From NCBI GenBank assembly GCA_049840735.1, contig JASGJN010000026.1:224001-288000 (forward strand): DNA of 64,000 bases. Direction: 5' to 3'. Positions 41,400 to 52,727 of the stretch are shown piece by piece. Source of the DNA: Anaeromyxobacter sp. Its GTDB lineage: Bacteria > Myxococcota > Myxococcia > Myxococcales > Anaeromyxobacteraceae. Below the pieces are notes generated by a model, which worked only from the letters and a program-made list of their open reading frames with translations, made no database searches and had not been told where the DNA came from. The stretch's first letter is position 1, and every line of letters starts with the position of its first letter. The position numbers and the translations under genes were made by a program.

Positions 41400-41825
41400 C
41401 TACCGGTTCGGCGCGAACCGCATCGCCACCAGCGGCCGGCCGCAGCTGGGGCAGGCCGGGTCGCCCGGCTCGTCGCTGTACTGCTCGCACGCGGCGCAGG
41501 TCCAGCGGATGCTCGAGCCGCCCTGGCCCGGCGCGTCGTCCGGGTACATGGCCGCGAACCCCTTCGCCAGCGCCTGGAAATAGGCGTGCCGGGCCTCCGG
41601 CGTCACGTCGAGCGGCAGCGGCGCGGGGTGGAAGGTGCGCCCGCCCAGCACCCGCGGCGCGCCGTCGCCCGAGGCCGCCGCGAGCTCCTCCGGCGACCGG
41701 ACCGGCCAGGGCTGGTCGGCGAACCACTTCTTGCGGAAGAGCATCCACTGCTGCGGCGTGCGCACCTGCTCCAGCTCGGCGTCGAAGGCGGCGCGCTGGG
41801 CCATGAAGGCGGGCTCGAGGGGCAT
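41400..41825 (-). CDS. Hypothetical protein with C-terminal CxxC-x-CxxC zinc ribbon
   Basis: WTCAAC...CPSCGRPL. Confidence 0.55.
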   Translation of the reverse strand: MPLEPAFMAQRAAFDAELEQVRTPQQWMLFRKKWFADQPWPVRSPEELAAASGDGAPRVLGGRTFHPAPLPLDVTPEARHAYFQALAKGFAAMYPDDAPGQGGSSIRWTCAACEQYSDEPGDPACPSCGRPLVAMRFAPNR

Positions 41826-41922
41826 GGTGCGATCTTGCGCGCGGCCGCCCGCCGGGACAAGAAGGAGGGGGCGCCAGCCCCCGATCCCGATGGCCGGGGC
41901 GCCCGCGCCCCCGGAGACCTCC

Positions 41923-42520
41923 ATGGCCGAACACCCTCAGCACGACTTCGAGGCGAGCTACCGGGCGGCGGAGCCGCCGCCCTGGGACATCGGCCGCCCG
42001 CAGCCTGAGGTTGTGGCGCTGGCCGAGGCCGGCCAGCTCGAGGGCGAGGTGCTGGACGTCGGCTGCGGCACCGGCGAGAACGCGCTCTACCTGGCCTCGC
42101 TGGGTCGGCGCGTGCTGGGCGTGGACGCCTCGCCCACCGCCGTCGCGCTGGCGCAGCAGAAGGCGCAGGCCCGCGGCCTGGCCGCCCAGTTCCGCACCGG
42201 GGACGCGCTGCATCTGGAGAAGCTGCGCCGGCGCTGCGAGTGCGCCATCGACTGCGGCCTCTTTCACGTCTTCGACCGCCCCACGCGCCGGGCCTACGCC
42301 CACTCGCTCTGCGAGGTGCTCTCGCCGGGCTCCACGCTCCACATCCTCTGCTTCTCCGACGAGGAGCCGGATGGGCCGGGGCCGCACCGGCTGCAGGAGT
42401 ACGACATCCGCGAGGCCTTCCGGTCCATCTTCGCCATGACCGAGGTGCGCCCGGGCCGACTCGAGCGCCGCGGCTTCGAGCCGGCCAGGGCCTGGGTGGC
42501 GAGCCTGACGCGGAATCTAG
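41923..42520 (+). CDS. Class I SAM-dependent methyltransferase (stop masked by a 1-nt insertion)
   Basis: PPWDIGRPQP, VLDVGCGTGENA, DCGLFH. CGGAATCTAG read as CGG ATC TAG gives ...LTRI*. Confidence 0.88.
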
Positions 42521-42560
42521 CGGGCGTCGGCCCATGCCCGGGAGCGCTGTCACTCCGGGA

Positions 42561-42690
42561 CCGTTCGGGCTCAGCGCGGCGAACCCGCAGGGCTCGCGGA
42601 GTCGAAGGGCTCAGGGCGAATGGTCACCCAGCCACCGTTCGGGCTGAGCGTAGCGAGCCCGCAGGGCTCGCGGAGTCGAAGCCCAGGCCG
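42561..42690. repeat. Cluster of REP-like repeats
   Basis: CCGTTCGGGCT(C/G)AGCG...GGGCTCGCGGAGTCGAAG twice. Confidence 0.75.
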
Positions 42691-43503
42691 CTACGCCACC
42701 CGCCGCAGCTCCCGCTCCTCCTCGCTCTTGTCCTTCCGGAGCGCGTCGTACGCGGCCGCGCCGGCGATCCGGTCGAAGGTCGTGAGCAGGGCCCAGGCCG
42801 CCGCCAGGACGAACAGCGCGGGCTGCCGCTGCGCCTCCGGGAGGCGCAGGGCCAGCGGGATGCCGAACAGGAGCCCGGCGTCCTTCAGCGAGGCCACCAG
42901 CCACACCGTGGCGAGCCCGGCGAACCTGCCGCGGGCCAGCGCGGCCGAGCGCTGCACGGCCTGCCCGGAGGAGAGCTCCGGCTCGGCCAGGGCCACGGCG
43001 TCGGCGGTGAAGACGCGCATCAGCGGCCAGGCCGCCGCCGCCAAGCCGCAGACCGCCGCCAGCGGCAGGGTGCCCGGCCCCAGCGTGTCCGTCGCCGAGG
43101 CCAGCGCCATCACGGCGGCGGCGGTGAGGGAGGCCGCGACGAGCGGCAGCCAGTAGGCGTGGAACCAGAGCTCGATCAGCCGCCAGCAGGCGCCCACGCC
43201 GGCCAGCAAGAGGTCCGGCAAGGGCGCGAGCCGTCCGTTCCGCACCGCCCGGAGCGCCCCGGCCGTCACCGCCCCCGCGTGCAGGCGCAGCAGCGCGAAG
43301 ACCAGGACCGAGGCGGCGAACCGCGCCCCGCCCTCCTCCGCGCGGCGCAGGAGGAGCACCGGCGGCGCGGCCACCAGCACCAGCGACAGCACCGAGAAGC
43401 TCGCCAGGTGCCGCCCCCAGGTGACCAGGGCGGTGCGCAGGACGGCGCCGTCGGAGAGGCGGGAGGTCGGGCGGGGTGGCGGAGTGACCGGGCTCGGGGC
43501 CAT
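42691..43503 (-). CDS. Hypothetical multi-pass membrane protein (paralogue of the next gene)
   Basis: Several TM segments; WPLMRVFTADAVALAEP. Confidence 0.65.
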   Translation of the reverse strand: MAPSPVTPPPRPTSRLSDGAVLRTALVTWGRHLASFSVLSLVLVAAPPVLLLRRAEEGGARFAASVLVFALLRLHAGAVTAGALRAVRNGRLAPLPDLLLAGVGACWRLIELWFHAYWLPLVAASLTAAAVMALASATDTLGPGTLPLAAVCGLAAAAWPLMRVFTADAVALAEPELSSGQAVQRSAALARGRFAGLATVWLVASLKDAGLLFGIPLALRLPEAQRQPALFVLAAAWALLTTFDRIAGAAAYDALRKDKSEEERELRRVA

Positions 43504-43533
43504 GAGCCCGGCAGCGTAGCAAGGCCGAAGCCG

Positions 43534-44418
43534 TCAACGGCTCGAAATCGGCTCGGCCCGCTCGGCGCGGAGCGCCTCGTAGGCGGCCACGCCCGCCACG
43601 CACCCGAAGGCCTCCAGCACCGCGGCGCCCACCGCCAGCACTACCATGCCGGTGACCTGGGCGTCGCCCTCCAGCCCGAGCACGTGGAGCTGGCCCGCCT
43701 GCTGCGCCGCCAGGATGACCGAGCTCAACAGCAGCACCGGCACCAGGCGGCCCAGGCGCCCGCGCGTCAGCGCGATGGAACGGTGCACCGCCTGCAGCGC
43801 GCCGAGCCCGGGCTCGGCCACCGCCGCCGCGTCGGCCACGAAGACGCGCAGCAGCGGCCAGCAGGCGGCGGCGTAGGCGACGACGGCGGCCGCCACCAGG
43901 GTCCGCTTCAGCTCCGGCGTGAGGCTCGCCAGCAGCATCGCCAGCGTCATCTCCTGCGCCGGCTGGGCCGTCGCGGCACCGCCGACGCCGACCAGCCCGG
44001 CCACCACCAGCGCGATCATCCAGGTGACCAGCGCCACCAGCATGGGCAGCAGGTAGGCGAAGAGCCCCACCGCCATCATGCGCCCGCCCCGCGCAAGGCC
44101 GCTGCGCGCCAGGTCGAAGACGGGCGGCAGCGCCTCGCCGCGCAGCACCCGCAGCGCCCCCTCGGAGAGCGCGGCGGCGTGGGCGCGGCCGAGGAAGACG
44201 CTGATGGCGAGCATGAGGCCGCCCGCGCCGGCGGCCTCCGGGTGCGCGGTCGAGTAGCGGTGGATGAGCAGGGCCGGCGCGGCGATCAGCAGCAGCCCCA
44301 GGGCCGAGAGGGGCACGAGGTGCCGGAGCCAGACCGCGAAGGTGGTCCGCAGGACGGCGCCGGCCCGGAAGCGGGGAGCGGGGGAGGCCGGGAGCGGGGG
44401 CGCCTGGTGCGGTTGCAT
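43534..44418 (-). CDS. Hypothetical multi-pass membrane protein (paralogue of the previous gene)
   Basis: WPLLRVFVADAAAVAEP; AAYEALRAE. Confidence 0.65.
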   Translation of the reverse strand: MQPHQAPPLPASPAPRFRAGAVLRTTFAVWLRHLVPLSALGLLLIAAPALLIHRYSTAHPEAAGAGGLMLAISVFLGRAHAAALSEGALRVLRGEALPPVFDLARSGLARGGRMMAVGLFAYLLPMLVALVTWMIALVVAGLVGVGGAATAQPAQEMTLAMLLASLTPELKRTLVAAAVVAYAAACWPLLRVFVADAAAVAEPGLGALQAVHRSIALTRGRLGRLVPVLLLSSVILAAQQAGQLHVLGLEGDAQVTGMVVLAVGAAVLEAFGCVAGVAAYEALRAERAEPISSR

Positions 44419-44477
44419 GAGGCGCGCAAGGTAACGCGCCCGGCGCCCCCCTGCCGGTCGAAAATGCGCGCCGCCCG

Positions 44478-45842
44478 TCAGCAGGGCATCTCGGCCCGCG
44501 GCCGGGCGTAGAACCACCACGTCACGAGCATGCAGGAGAGGTAGACCGCGATGAAGCCGAGGAAGGCCGCCGCGGGGGTGCCGGTGGTCTTCATGGCGGC
44601 GCCGAACGCGCGCGGGATGAAGAAGGCGCCGTAGGCCGCGATGGCGGAGGCGAAGCCGATCACGGCCGCGCCCTCCTTGGCCGCCTGCCGCCGGGCCAGG
44701 AGCAGGCCCTGCGGCCCGGCCAGCCGCTCGTGGAAGGTCAGGAACAGCACCGGGATCATGCGGAAGACGGAGCCGTTGCCGATGCCCGAGGTGAGGAAGA
44801 GCAGCAGGAACATGGCCAGGAAGCCGGCGAAGCTGCCCGGGCTCCCGGTCCCGGGCAGGAAGGCGAGCACGCCGCCCGCGGCGGCGCTCATGGCCACGAA
44901 GTTCACCAGCGTCACCCGCGCGCCCCCGAGCCGATCGGCCAGCCAGCCGCCGACCGGCCGGGCCAGCGCGCCCACCAGCGGCCCCAGGAAGGCGTAGCGC
45001 ATGGGGTCCTCGGCGGGGAACTGCGCCTTGATGAGCAGCGGGAGGCCCGCCGAGAAGCCGATGAAGGAGCCGAAGGTGCCGCCGTAGAGCCAGCACATGA
45101 GCCAGTTGTGCTTGCGCCGGAACACCACCGCCTGCTCGCGGAAGGAGGCCTTGGCCGAGGCGATGTCGTGCATGCCCACCCAGGCGGCCACGGTGCAGAC
45201 CACGATGAACGGCACCCACACGAAGCCGGCGTTCTGCAGCCAGACCGGCCCCGCGGCGGTGGCCCGGGGCGGCCCGGCCAGGGTGCCGAACACGCCGGCG
45301 GTGACCACCAGCGGCACCACGAACTGCATGACGGAGACGCCCAGGTTGCCCAGCCCCGCGTTGAGCCCGAGCGCCGTGCCCTTCTGGTCCTTGGGGAAGA
45401 AGAAGCTGATGTTGGCCATGCTGGAGGCGAAGTTCCCGCCGCCGAAGCCGCACAGCAGGGCCAGCGCGAGCATGGTGCCGTAGGAGGTGGTCGGGTCCTG
45501 CACCGCCAGGCCGATGCCCACCGCGGGGACGAGCAGCGAGGCGGTGGAGAGGACCGTCCAGAGGCGCCCGCCGAAGATGGGCACCATGAACGCGTAGAAG
45601 ATGCGCAGCGTGGCGCCGGACAGGCCGGGGAGCGCGGCCAGCCAGAAGAGCTGGTCGGTGGTGAAGGGGAAGCCTGCCTCGGGGAGGCGGACCACCACCA
45701 CGCTCCAGACCATCCACACCGCGAAGGAGAGGAGCAGCGCGGGGATGGAGATCCACAGGTTGAGCTGGGCGATGGCGCGCCCCTGCGCCTGCCAGAAGTC
45801 GTGATCCTCGATGTCCCAGCGGACGAGCGTGCGGGAGTTCAT
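44478..45842 (-). CDS. narK: NarK-family nitrate/nitrite MFS transporter
   Basis: NLWISIPALLLSFAVW, GFGGGNFASSMANISFFFPK, FGSFIGFS, GIGNGSVF. Confidence 0.95.
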   Translation of the reverse strand: MNSRTLVRWDIEDHDFWQAQGRAIAQLNLWISIPALLLSFAVWMVWSVVVVRLPEAGFPFTTDQLFWLAALPGLSGATLRIFYAFMVPIFGGRLWTVLSTASLLVPAVGIGLAVQDPTTSYGTMLALALLCGFGGGNFASSMANISFFFPKDQKGTALGLNAGLGNLGVSVMQFVVPLVVTAGVFGTLAGPPRATAAGPVWLQNAGFVWVPFIVVCTVAAWVGMHDIASAKASFREQAVVFRRKHNWLMCWLYGGTFGSFIGFSAGLPLLIKAQFPAEDPMRYAFLGPLVGALARPVGGWLADRLGGARVTLVNFVAMSAAAGGVLAFLPGTGSPGSFAGFLAMFLLLFLTSGIGNGSVFRMIPVLFLTFHERLAGPQGLLLARRQAAKEGAAVIGFASAIAAYGAFFIPRAFGAAMKTTGTPAAAFLGFIAVYLSCMLVTWWFYARPRAEMPC

Positions 45843-46520
45843 GGGCGATCTCCTGGAGCGGGGGTGCGGGGGCGCTGCCAGACGACCACCTGCGGCAGGC
45901 GCCACAGGTAGCCGGCCGGCGCCACCACCGCGTGGGCGAGCCGGGTGTAGGGCACGAGGGCCAGCAGCACGAAGGCGTTGAGCGCGTGGAGCTTGAAGAG
46001 CCAGGGGAGCGGCGTCATCAGGTCCACCCGCGGCGCCAGGGTGGCCAGCGAGGCGAGCCACGGGGTGGCGACGAAGGTGAACCAGGCCAGGCCCCAGCGC
46101 GCCGACGACGCGATCCCGACGCCGGTCCCCACCTGCAGCAGCAGGATCCCCAGCACCAGCCAGTCCAGCCAGGTGGTCTGGGCGCGCAGCCGGAATCCGG
46201 CGCACGATCAGCACGCCCAGCCCCCACAGCGCGGTCAGGCCGAGCGCGAAGCCGGTGAGCTCGATGGCGAGCAGCCGCCCGGGGGCGGAGAGGAGGGCCC
46301 GCACCGGCCCAGGCAGGAAGACGGCGGCCAGGTGGAGCAGCAGGACGCAGAGGATGGCGTGGTGCCAGGCCACCGAGCCCCAGTACTGGAGCCGTCCCTC
46401 CAGCAGCTGGGAGGAGCCGGCGGTGATGGTGTGGCGCTGGGTGCGGAAGCGCTGCAGCGCGCCGGCCACCGTCACGGCCACCGCCAGGTACGGGAACACG
46501 CCGAACAGGAAGGTCTCCAT
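45839..46520 (-). CDS. narI: Respiratory nitrate reductase gamma subunit (frameshift at ~46195)
   Basis: FGVFPYLA, SSQLLE, WHHAI, KLHALNAF, PYTRLAH. Confidence 0.9.
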
Positions 46521-47035
46521 CACGCCACCTCCTCGCGCAGCGCGGCCAGGACGGCGCGGTAGGCGTCGTCCGGCGCGGGCGGCGCCGCCAGCATCCGGTC
46601 CAGGGCCGGGACCAGGCCGTCCTCGAGCAGCGCCTGGCGCGACGGGCCCGCCGGCGCGGAGGCCAGGTAGCGCAGCACGACGGTGAGGTGGTCGGGGAGC
46701 TCCCGGCCCGGCGTCGCGTCGTCGAAGCCGTCCTGCCGGTAGACGCCCACCAACCGGGCCATGAAGACCCCGCGCTGCGGCCCCTCCCCGCAGAGGTGGT
46801 GGCCGACGTACGGGGCGCAGGCCGGCTCCAGGTCGAAGGTGGCGGAGTAGAGCTCCTCCAGCTCGTGCGGGCGGGCCTGCTCGGCGCGGGCCACGAAGGC
46901 GTCGAGCCGGCTGCCGGCGCGCGGCCCCAGCAGCTCGCGGCAGCGGCGGGCGGCCGGAGCCGGGTCGGCGGCGGGGTAGGCGAGCAGCTCGGCGAAGGCG
47001 CCCAGCAGCTGGCGCTGGCGGTCGGGGGCGGTCAC
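46520..47035 (-). CDS. narJ: Nitrate reductase molybdenum cofactor assembly chaperone
   Basis: LLAYP, YSATFDL, ELPDHL; position between narH and narI. Confidence 0.9.
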   Translation of the reverse strand: MTAPDRQRQLLGAFAELLAYPAADPAPAARRCRELLGPRAGSRLDAFVARAEQARPHELEELYSATFDLEPACAPYVGHHLCGEGPQRGVFMARLVGVYRQDGFDDATPGRELPDHLTVVLRYLASAPAGPSRQALLEDGLVPALDRMLAAPPAPDDAYRAVLAALREEVA

Positions 47036-47038
47036 CGG

Positions 47039-48511
47039 TCACCTCCCCGGGGGCGCGCGCAGGTAGGCGAAGCCGGCCGCGTTCTGCCGCTGCGGCTCGA
47101 TCGCCGGCTCGGCCAGCTGCTCGCGCAGCATGGGCGGGACAACGATCCGCTCGTCCATGGAGGCCAGGGCGGTGAGCCGGTAGATGGCGTCGGCCTGCGC
47201 CGGCTCGAGCCGGGCCTCCGCCAGGGCGCCGGCGGCCGCCGCGGCGGGCAGGTCGCCGACCTGGGTGGCGCGGCGGTGCAGCCGGACCGCCATGAGCTTG
47301 CGGTAGGTCCGCCGCACCAGCTCCTCGTTGCCGGCGGTGAAGAGCGAGGCCAGGTAGCGCACCGGCAGCCGGGCCCGCTCCAGCGAGGTGAAGAAGCTCG
47401 CCTCCCCCTGGGCGGCGTCGTGCGCCATGGCGGGCAGCAGCGGCGGCACGTAGAAGAGCATGGGCAGCGTCCGGTACTCCGGGTGAAGCGGCAGGGCCAG
47501 CTCCCACTCCTTCACGAACCGGTAGACGGGGGAGCTCCGCGCCGAGGCCAGGACCGCCTCCGGCATGTTGCTGCGCCGGGCCGCGGCCACCACCTCGGGG
47601 TCGTGCGGGTCGAGGATCATCGACCGCTGGGCCTCCACCAGCTCGGCGTCGTCGCGGGCCGCCGTCCCGGCCAGCCGGTCGGCGTCGTAGAGCAGCACGC
47701 CCAGGTAGCGGATGCGGCCGACGCAGGTATGGAAGCAGGCCGGGGCCTCGCCGGCCTCCAGGCGCGGGTAGCAGAGGATGCACTTCTCCGACTTCCCGGT
47801 GGACCAGTTGAAGTAGACCTTCTTGTACGGGCAGGCGGAGACGCACATGCGCCAGCCACGGCAGCGGTCCTGGTTGATGAGGACGATGCCGTCCTCCCCG
47901 CGCTTGTAGATGGCGCCGGACGGGCAGGCGGCCACGCAGGCGGCGTTGAGGCAGTGGTTGCACATGCGCGGCAGGTAGAAGAAGACCAGCCGCTGGAGCT
48001 CCTGCAGCTCGGCCCGCTCCGCCGCCGTGAGGCCGGCCAGGTTCGGATCCTGGGCGGCGTAGACCGGCGAGCCGGAGAGGTCGTCGTCCCAGTTCGGGCC
48101 CGACCGGATCTCCATGGGCTTCCCGTCCAGCAGCGAGACCGGGCGCGCCGCGGGCTGGTCGCTGCCCGCCGGCGCGGTGAAGAGGTCGTCGTAGCGGTAG
48201 GTGAACGGGTGGTAGTAGTCGTCGAGGACCGGGAGGCGGGGGTTGGAGAAGATCCGCGCCAGGCTGGCGAGCCGGCCGCCCTGGCGCAGCTTGACGCCCT
48301 GGCCGGCCTGCTCCCACCCGCCCCGGTGCTGCTCCTGGTCCTCCCAGCTGACCGGGTAGCCGGTGCCGGGCTTGGTCTCGACGTTGTTCCACCACGCGTA
48401 CTCCATGCCGCGGCGGTCGGTCCACTGGCTCTTGCAGGCCACGCTGCAGGTGTGGCACCCGATGCACTTGTCGAGGTGGAACACCATCGAGAGCTGCGCG
48501 CGCACGTCCAT
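47039..48511 (-). CDS. narH: Respiratory nitrate reductase beta subunit
   Basis: LDKCIGCHTCSVACK, NNVETKPG, CNHCLNAACVAACPSG. Confidence 0.97.
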   Translation of the reverse strand: MDVRAQLSMVFHLDKCIGCHTCSVACKSQWTDRRGMEYAWWNNVETKPGTGYPVSWEDQEQHRGGWEQAGQGVKLRQGGRLASLARIFSNPRLPVLDDYYHPFTYRYDDLFTAPAGSDQPAARPVSLLDGKPMEIRSGPNWDDDLSGSPVYAAQDPNLAGLTAAERAELQELQRLVFFYLPRMCNHCLNAACVAACPSGAIYKRGEDGIVLINQDRCRGWRMCVSACPYKKVYFNWSTGKSEKCILCYPRLEAGEAPACFHTCVGRIRYLGVLLYDADRLAGTAARDDAELVEAQRSMILDPHDPEVVAAARRSNMPEAVLASARSSPVYRFVKEWELALPLHPEYRTLPMLFYVPPLLPAMAHDAAQGEASFFTSLERARLPVRYLASLFTAGNEELVRRTYRKLMAVRLHRRATQVGDLPAAAAAGALAEARLEPAQADAIYRLTALASMDERIVVPPMLREQLAEPAIEPQRQNAAGFAYLRAPPGR

Positions 48512-48520
48512 GGCGGCTCC

Positions 48521-51500
48521 TCAGTCGTGCTGCGGCGCGCCGGCCAGCTTCCGGACGCGGATGAAGGTGTCCCGGTTGTTCCCGGTGGGACCCCAGTAGT
48601 TGAGCGCGAAGGTGAACTGGCCGTAGCCGCCCAGCATCAGCGTGGGCTTGAGCCGCACGCGCGTCAGGCTGTTGTGGCCGCCGGCCCGGCGCCCGCCGCG
48701 CTCCGGGCTCCTGGGCACGCCGATGGTCCGCTCCGGCGCGTGGTAGAGCAGGCACAGGCCGCGCGGGATGCGGGCGCTCACCACGCAGCGGACCACCACC
48801 ACCCCGTGGTCGTTGAAGGCCTCCACCCAGTCGTTGTCCTGGAGCCCGTTGCGGGCGGCGTCCTGGTCGTTCACCCAGAGCGGATGGGTGCCGCGGGAGA
48901 GCGTCAGCATGCGGAGGTTGTCGCCGAAGGTGGAGTGGATGCCCCACTTGCCGTGGGGGGTGAGGTAGTTGAGCTCCAGGCTGGGCCCCTCGTCGCCGGA
49001 GTGCTGGAGGTCGTCCACCACCTCCGGCGCCGGCTTGGGCTTGTAGGTGGGCAGCGCCTCCCCGAAGGCGATGAAGCCCGGGTGGTCGAGGTAGAAGTGC
49101 TGCCGGCCGGTCAGCGTCCGCCAGGGGACCAGCCGCTCGACGTTGAGGCAGTAGGCGGAGTAGGTCCGCCCCTTCCCCGTGAGCCCCGTCCAGCAGGGGC
49201 TGTCGAGCAGCCGCCGCGGCTGCCGGGTCAGGTCGCGGAAGGTGGTGCGGACGTCGCGGCTGCCGGCCACCAGGTCGGTGAGCGGCAGCCCCACCTTCTT
49301 CTCCTCGGCGGCGAAGGCGCGGAAGGCCGACTCGCCGTTGGTCTCGGGCGCCAGGTGGAGGATCACCTCGGCGGCGTCGCGGGCGGTGACCAGGGACGGG
49401 TAGCGCTGGCCGCCCCACTCCACCGTGTTCCGGTCGCGCACCAGCTGGTCGTAGAGGTCGTCCACCGGCCAGCTGATCCCGTGCGCGCCGATGCCCTGCG
49501 CCCGCACCACCGGGCCGAAGGAGACGAACCGGTCGTGCAGGTGCACGTAGTCGCGGTCCACGTAGGACAGCGAGGGCATGGTCTTCCCGGGCTCGGGCTC
49601 GCACTCGCCGGCGCGCCAGTCCTTGAGCTCGCGCTGGGCCAGCTCTGCCGGCGTGTCGTGCATGAGCGGGCGGGTGACGATCTCCCGCACCGGCTCGGGC
49701 AGGTGGGTCCGGGCCAGCTCGCTCACCTTCTCGGCGATGGCCTTGAAGATGTCCCAGTCGCTCCTCGACTCCCAGCAGGGCGGGACCGCCGCCTGCAGGG
49801 GGTGGATGAACGAGTGCATGTCGGTGGAGTTGAGGTCGTCCTTCTCGTACCAGGTGGCGGCCGGGAGGATGACGTCGGAGTAGAGCGCCGACGTGTCCAT
49901 GCGGAAGTTGAGGTCCACCACCAGATCGAGCTTCCCCACCGGCGCCGGATCCCGCCAGGCGACCTCGGCCACCTGGCCCTCGGCGGTCTCCGGCGCCACC
50001 GCGCTGGAGTGCGTGCCCAGGTAGTGGCGGAGGAAGTACTCGTGCCCCTTGGCGGAGGAGGAGAGGGCGTTGCCGCGCCAGATGAACCAGAGCCGTGGCC
50101 AGTTCTCCGGGGCGTCGGGGTCCTCGACCGAGAACCTGAGCCGCCGCTCCCGGAGCTGCTGCACCACCCAGGCCGAGACCTCGGCGTCGGTGGTGGCGCC
50201 GGCGGCGCGCGCCTCGGCCACCACCGCCGCGGGCGTCCGGTCGAACTGCGGGAAGAAGGGGAGCCAGCCCAGCCGCACCGCCCGGGCCTGGTGGTCCATG
50301 GTGTGGCGGGTGGCGAAGGCGCTGGGCTCGGGGAGCGGGTTGAGCTGCTCGTCCTCGCAGGCGCGCTCGTAGCGCCACTGGTCGGAGTGGACGTAGTGGA
50401 AGCTGGGCGCGTTCTGCAGCCGCGGCGGCCCGGCCCAGTCCAGGGCGAAGGCCAGCGCCGACCAGGGCGCCACCGGGGCCAGCTTCTCCTGCCCCACGTA
50501 GTGGTTGAGGCCGCCGCCGTTCTTGCCCACGCAGCCGCACAGCACCAGGCCGGCGATGGCGGCGCGGTAGGCGTGGTCGCCGTGGTACCACTGGTTCACG
50601 CCGGCGCCGATGATGATCGAGCACTTGCCGCCGGTCTTCTCGGCGGTGGTGGCCCACTCCCGGGCGAAGCGGATCACCTCGGCGCGCGAGACGCCGGTGA
50701 AGCGCTCCTGCCAGGCCGGGGTGTAGGCGGCCTCGGCGTCGTCGTAGCTGGCGGGGGAGTCGCCGGGGAGGCCGCGCCCCACGCCGTACTGGGCGAAGAG
50801 CAGGTCGTAGACGGTCGCGACCTTCACCGGCCCGCGCACCGTCTCCACCACGTTGAACGGCACGCCGCGCAGGGCCACCCGGCCGGTGGCGTACTCGTCG
50901 AACGCCACCTGGGCGATCCCGTCGTGCTGCTCCAGCAGCGAGGTGCGCGGGTCGAGCTCGGCGCCGTCCACGCCGTCCTTCAGCTCCAGGTTCCACTGGC
51001 CCTTCTCGTGCTGCCAGCGGAACCCGAGCGTGCCGCGCGGCATGCGGGGCGCGCCGGCCCGGTCGTCCCAGACCAGGAACTTGAAGTCCCCGTGCTCGGC
51101 GTCGCGGGTCCGCGCCACCTGGCTGGCCGGCAGCATGCGGCCGGGGCGCAGGCCGCCCGGGCGGTCCTCCAGCTCGATCAGGAAGGGCGCGTCGCTGTAG
51201 CGGCGCACGTAGTCGAGGAAGGCGGGCGTGCGGCGCTCGTGGTGGAACTCGCGCAGGATCACGTGGTCCACGGCCAGCCAGAAGGCGGCGTCCTGGCCGG
51301 CGTGGATGGGGATCCACTGGTCGGCGTACTTGGACGTCATGCTGAAGTCGGGGCTGAGCACCACCAGCTTGGCGCCGTCGTGGCGCGCCTCGGCCGCGAA
51401 GTGGACGTCCGGGGTGCGCGTCATCCCCATGTTGGCGCCCATGGAGACGATGAACTTGGAGTGGTACCAGTCGGCGCTCTCGGCCACGTCGGTCTGCTCG

Positions 51501-52147
51501 CCCCACACCTCCGGCGAGGCGTTGGGCAGGTCGCAGTACCAGTCGTAGAAGGAGAGGTTGACGGCGCCCAGCAGCTGCAGGAACCGCGAGCCGGCCGCGA
51601 AGCTGAGCATCGACATGGCCGGGATGGGGCTGAAGCCGATGATGCGGTCCGACCCGTGCTGCTTGATGGTGTGGATGGTGGAGGCCGCCACCAGCTCCAG
51701 CACCTCGTCCCACGAGGCGCGGCGCAGCCCGCCCTTCCCGCGCGCCTCCTGGTAGCGCCGCCGCCGCTCGGGGTCGCCCACGATGGAGGCCCAGGCGGCC
51801 ACCGGATCGGCGTGGGCGGCGCGCGCCTCGCGCCACAGGTCCATGAGCACGCCGCGGAGGTACGGGTACTTCACCCGCAGCGGGCTGTAGAGGTACCAGC
51901 TGGCGGAGATGCCGCGCTGGCAGCCGCGCGGCTCGTACGCGGGCACGTCGCAGCTGATGCGGGGGTAGTCGGTGGCCTGGGTCTCGAGGGCCACCACGCC
52001 GTTCTTGACGTGGATGTTCCAGGAACAGCCGCCGGTGCAGTTCACGCCGTGCGTGCTCCGCACCACCTTGTCGTGCTGGAAGCGGTTCCGGTACAGCTCC
52101 TCCCAGCGGCGCTGGTCGGGATCGAAGATGTCCTTGACCCAGCTCAT
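48521..52147 (-). CDS. narG: Respiratory nitrate reductase alpha subunit
   Basis: [42 protein letters not shown]. Confidence 0.97.
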   Translation of the reverse strand: MSWVKDIFDPDQRRWEELYRNRFQHDKVVRSTHGVNCTGGCSWNIHVKNGVVALETQATDYPRISCDVPAYEPRGCQRGISASWYLYSPLRVKYPYLRGVLMDLWREARAAHADPVAAWASIVGDPERRRRYQEARGKGGLRRASWDEVLELVAASTIHTIKQHGSDRIIGFSPIPAMSMLSFAAGSRFLQLLGAVNLSFYDWYCDLPNASPEVWGEQTDVAESADWYHSKFIVSMGANMGMTRTPDVHFAAEARHDGAKLVVLSPDFSMTSKYADQWIPIHAGQDAAFWLAVDHVILREFHHERRTPAFLDYVRRYSDAPFLIELEDRPGGLRPGRMLPASQVARTRDAEHGDFKFLVWDDRAGAPRMPRGTLGFRWQHEKGQWNLELKDGVDGAELDPRTSLLEQHDGIAQVAFDEYATGRVALRGVPFNVVETVRGPVKVATVYDLLFAQYGVGRGLPGDSPASYDDAEAAYTPAWQERFTGVSRAEVIRFAREWATTAEKTGGKCSIIIGAGVNQWYHGDHAYRAAIAGLVLCGCVGKNGGGLNHYVGQEKLAPVAPWSALAFALDWAGPPRLQNAPSFHYVHSDQWRYERACEDEQLNPLPEPSAFATRHTMDHQARAVRLGWLPFFPQFDRTPAAVVAEARAAGATTDAEVSAWVVQQLRERRLRFSVEDPDAPENWPRLWFIWRGNALSSSAKGHEYFLRHYLGTHSSAVAPETAEGQVAEVAWRDPAPVGKLDLVVDLNFRMDTSALYSDVILPAATWYEKDDLNSTDMHSFIHPLQAAVPPCWESRSDWDIFKAIAEKVSELARTHLPEPVREIVTRPLMHDTPAELAQRELKDWRAGECEPEPGKTMPSLSYVDRDYVHLHDRFVSFGPVVRAQGIGAHGISWPVDDLYDQLVRDRNTVEWGGQRYPSLVTARDAAEVILHLAPETNGESAFRAFAAEEKKVGLPLTDLVAGSRDVRTTFRDLTRQPRRLLDSPCWTGLTGKGRTYSAYCLNVERLVPWRTLTGRQHFYLDHPGFIAFGEALPTYKPKPAPEVVDDLQHSGDEGPSLELNYLTPHGKWGIHSTFGDNLRMLTLSRGTHPLWVNDQDAARNGLQDNDWVEAFNDHGVVVVRCVVSARIPRGLCLLYHAPERTIGVPRSPERGGRRAGGHNSLTRVRLKPTLMLGGYGQFTFALNYWGPTGNNRDTFIRVRKLAGAPQHD

Positions 52148-52626
52148 CGCGAACCTCCCCGGTTGAGCGCGGCGGCGGCCAGCAGGCGCGCCCGCGACGG
52201 CGCCTTCCGCCGGCGCGCCGCCAGCGCCAGGAGCGCCAGGAGGGCGACCGCGCCCAGCGCGCCCATGAGCTCGAAGCGCCACGCGCCGCCGGCGGGGGCC
52301 GCCTGCGTGGCCTGGACCAGGAAGGCCGCCAGGTCGGCCCGCTCCTCCGGCAGGAGGGCGCGCCCGTCGTAGAGCGGCGTCATGGTCGGGAAGGGGAGCG
52401 CCTCCAGCACCGGGTCCAGGTCCGCCGCGGCCATGCCGCCCAGCGCGGCGGACAGCTCCGGGCCCAGCGACGCGCCGAAGGCCGGCCCCTGGCTGCCCAG
52501 CGCGTGGCAGGCGCCGCAGGGCGGGCCGCCGGCCTGGAACGGCCGCTCGCCGATGAAGAGGCTCCGGCCGGCGGCGGGATCGCCGGCGGCCAGGAGGAGC
52601 GCGACGGACAGCGCGGGGAGCGTCAC
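52144..52626 (-). CDS. Membrane-anchored monohaem cytochrome c (NarC-like)
   Basis: Signal peptide, CGACH, FPTMTP (axial Met), C-terminal TM; overlaps the narG start. Confidence 0.8.
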   Translation of the reverse strand: MTLPALSVALLLAAGDPAAGRSLFIGERPFQAGGPPCGACHALGSQGPAFGASLGPELSAALGGMAAADLDPVLEALPFPTMTPLYDGRALLPEERADLAAFLVQATQAAPAGGAWRFELMGALGAVALLALLALAARRRKAPSRARLLAAAALNRGGSR

Positions 52627-52650
52627 CGGACGTACCTCCAGTCAACCAAG

Positions 52651-52674
52651 ATAATGGACATGGATATCCAGAAT
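52651..52674. promoter_or_regulatory. AT-rich imperfect inverted repeat, candidate Rrf2 operator
   Basis: ATAATGGACA-TGGA-TATCCAGAAT in the short divergent intergenic region. Confidence 0.4.
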
Positions 52675-52727
52675 ACCGGTTGGGCGTCCAGCGTGACGTG
52701 GCGCGCCGCATGGGTTACCTTCTGCTC

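Noticed and set aside
41635..44511. 958-aa methyltransferase fusion
   Set aside because: Read-through caused by an inserted base at 42513-42517; the rest is REP sequence and antisense of membrane genes.
44478..52372. Giant ORFs of 2452 aa (-) and 1894 aa (+)
   Set aside because: These are shadow frames of the nar genes in GC-rich DNA; only the narI and narK portions are real coding.
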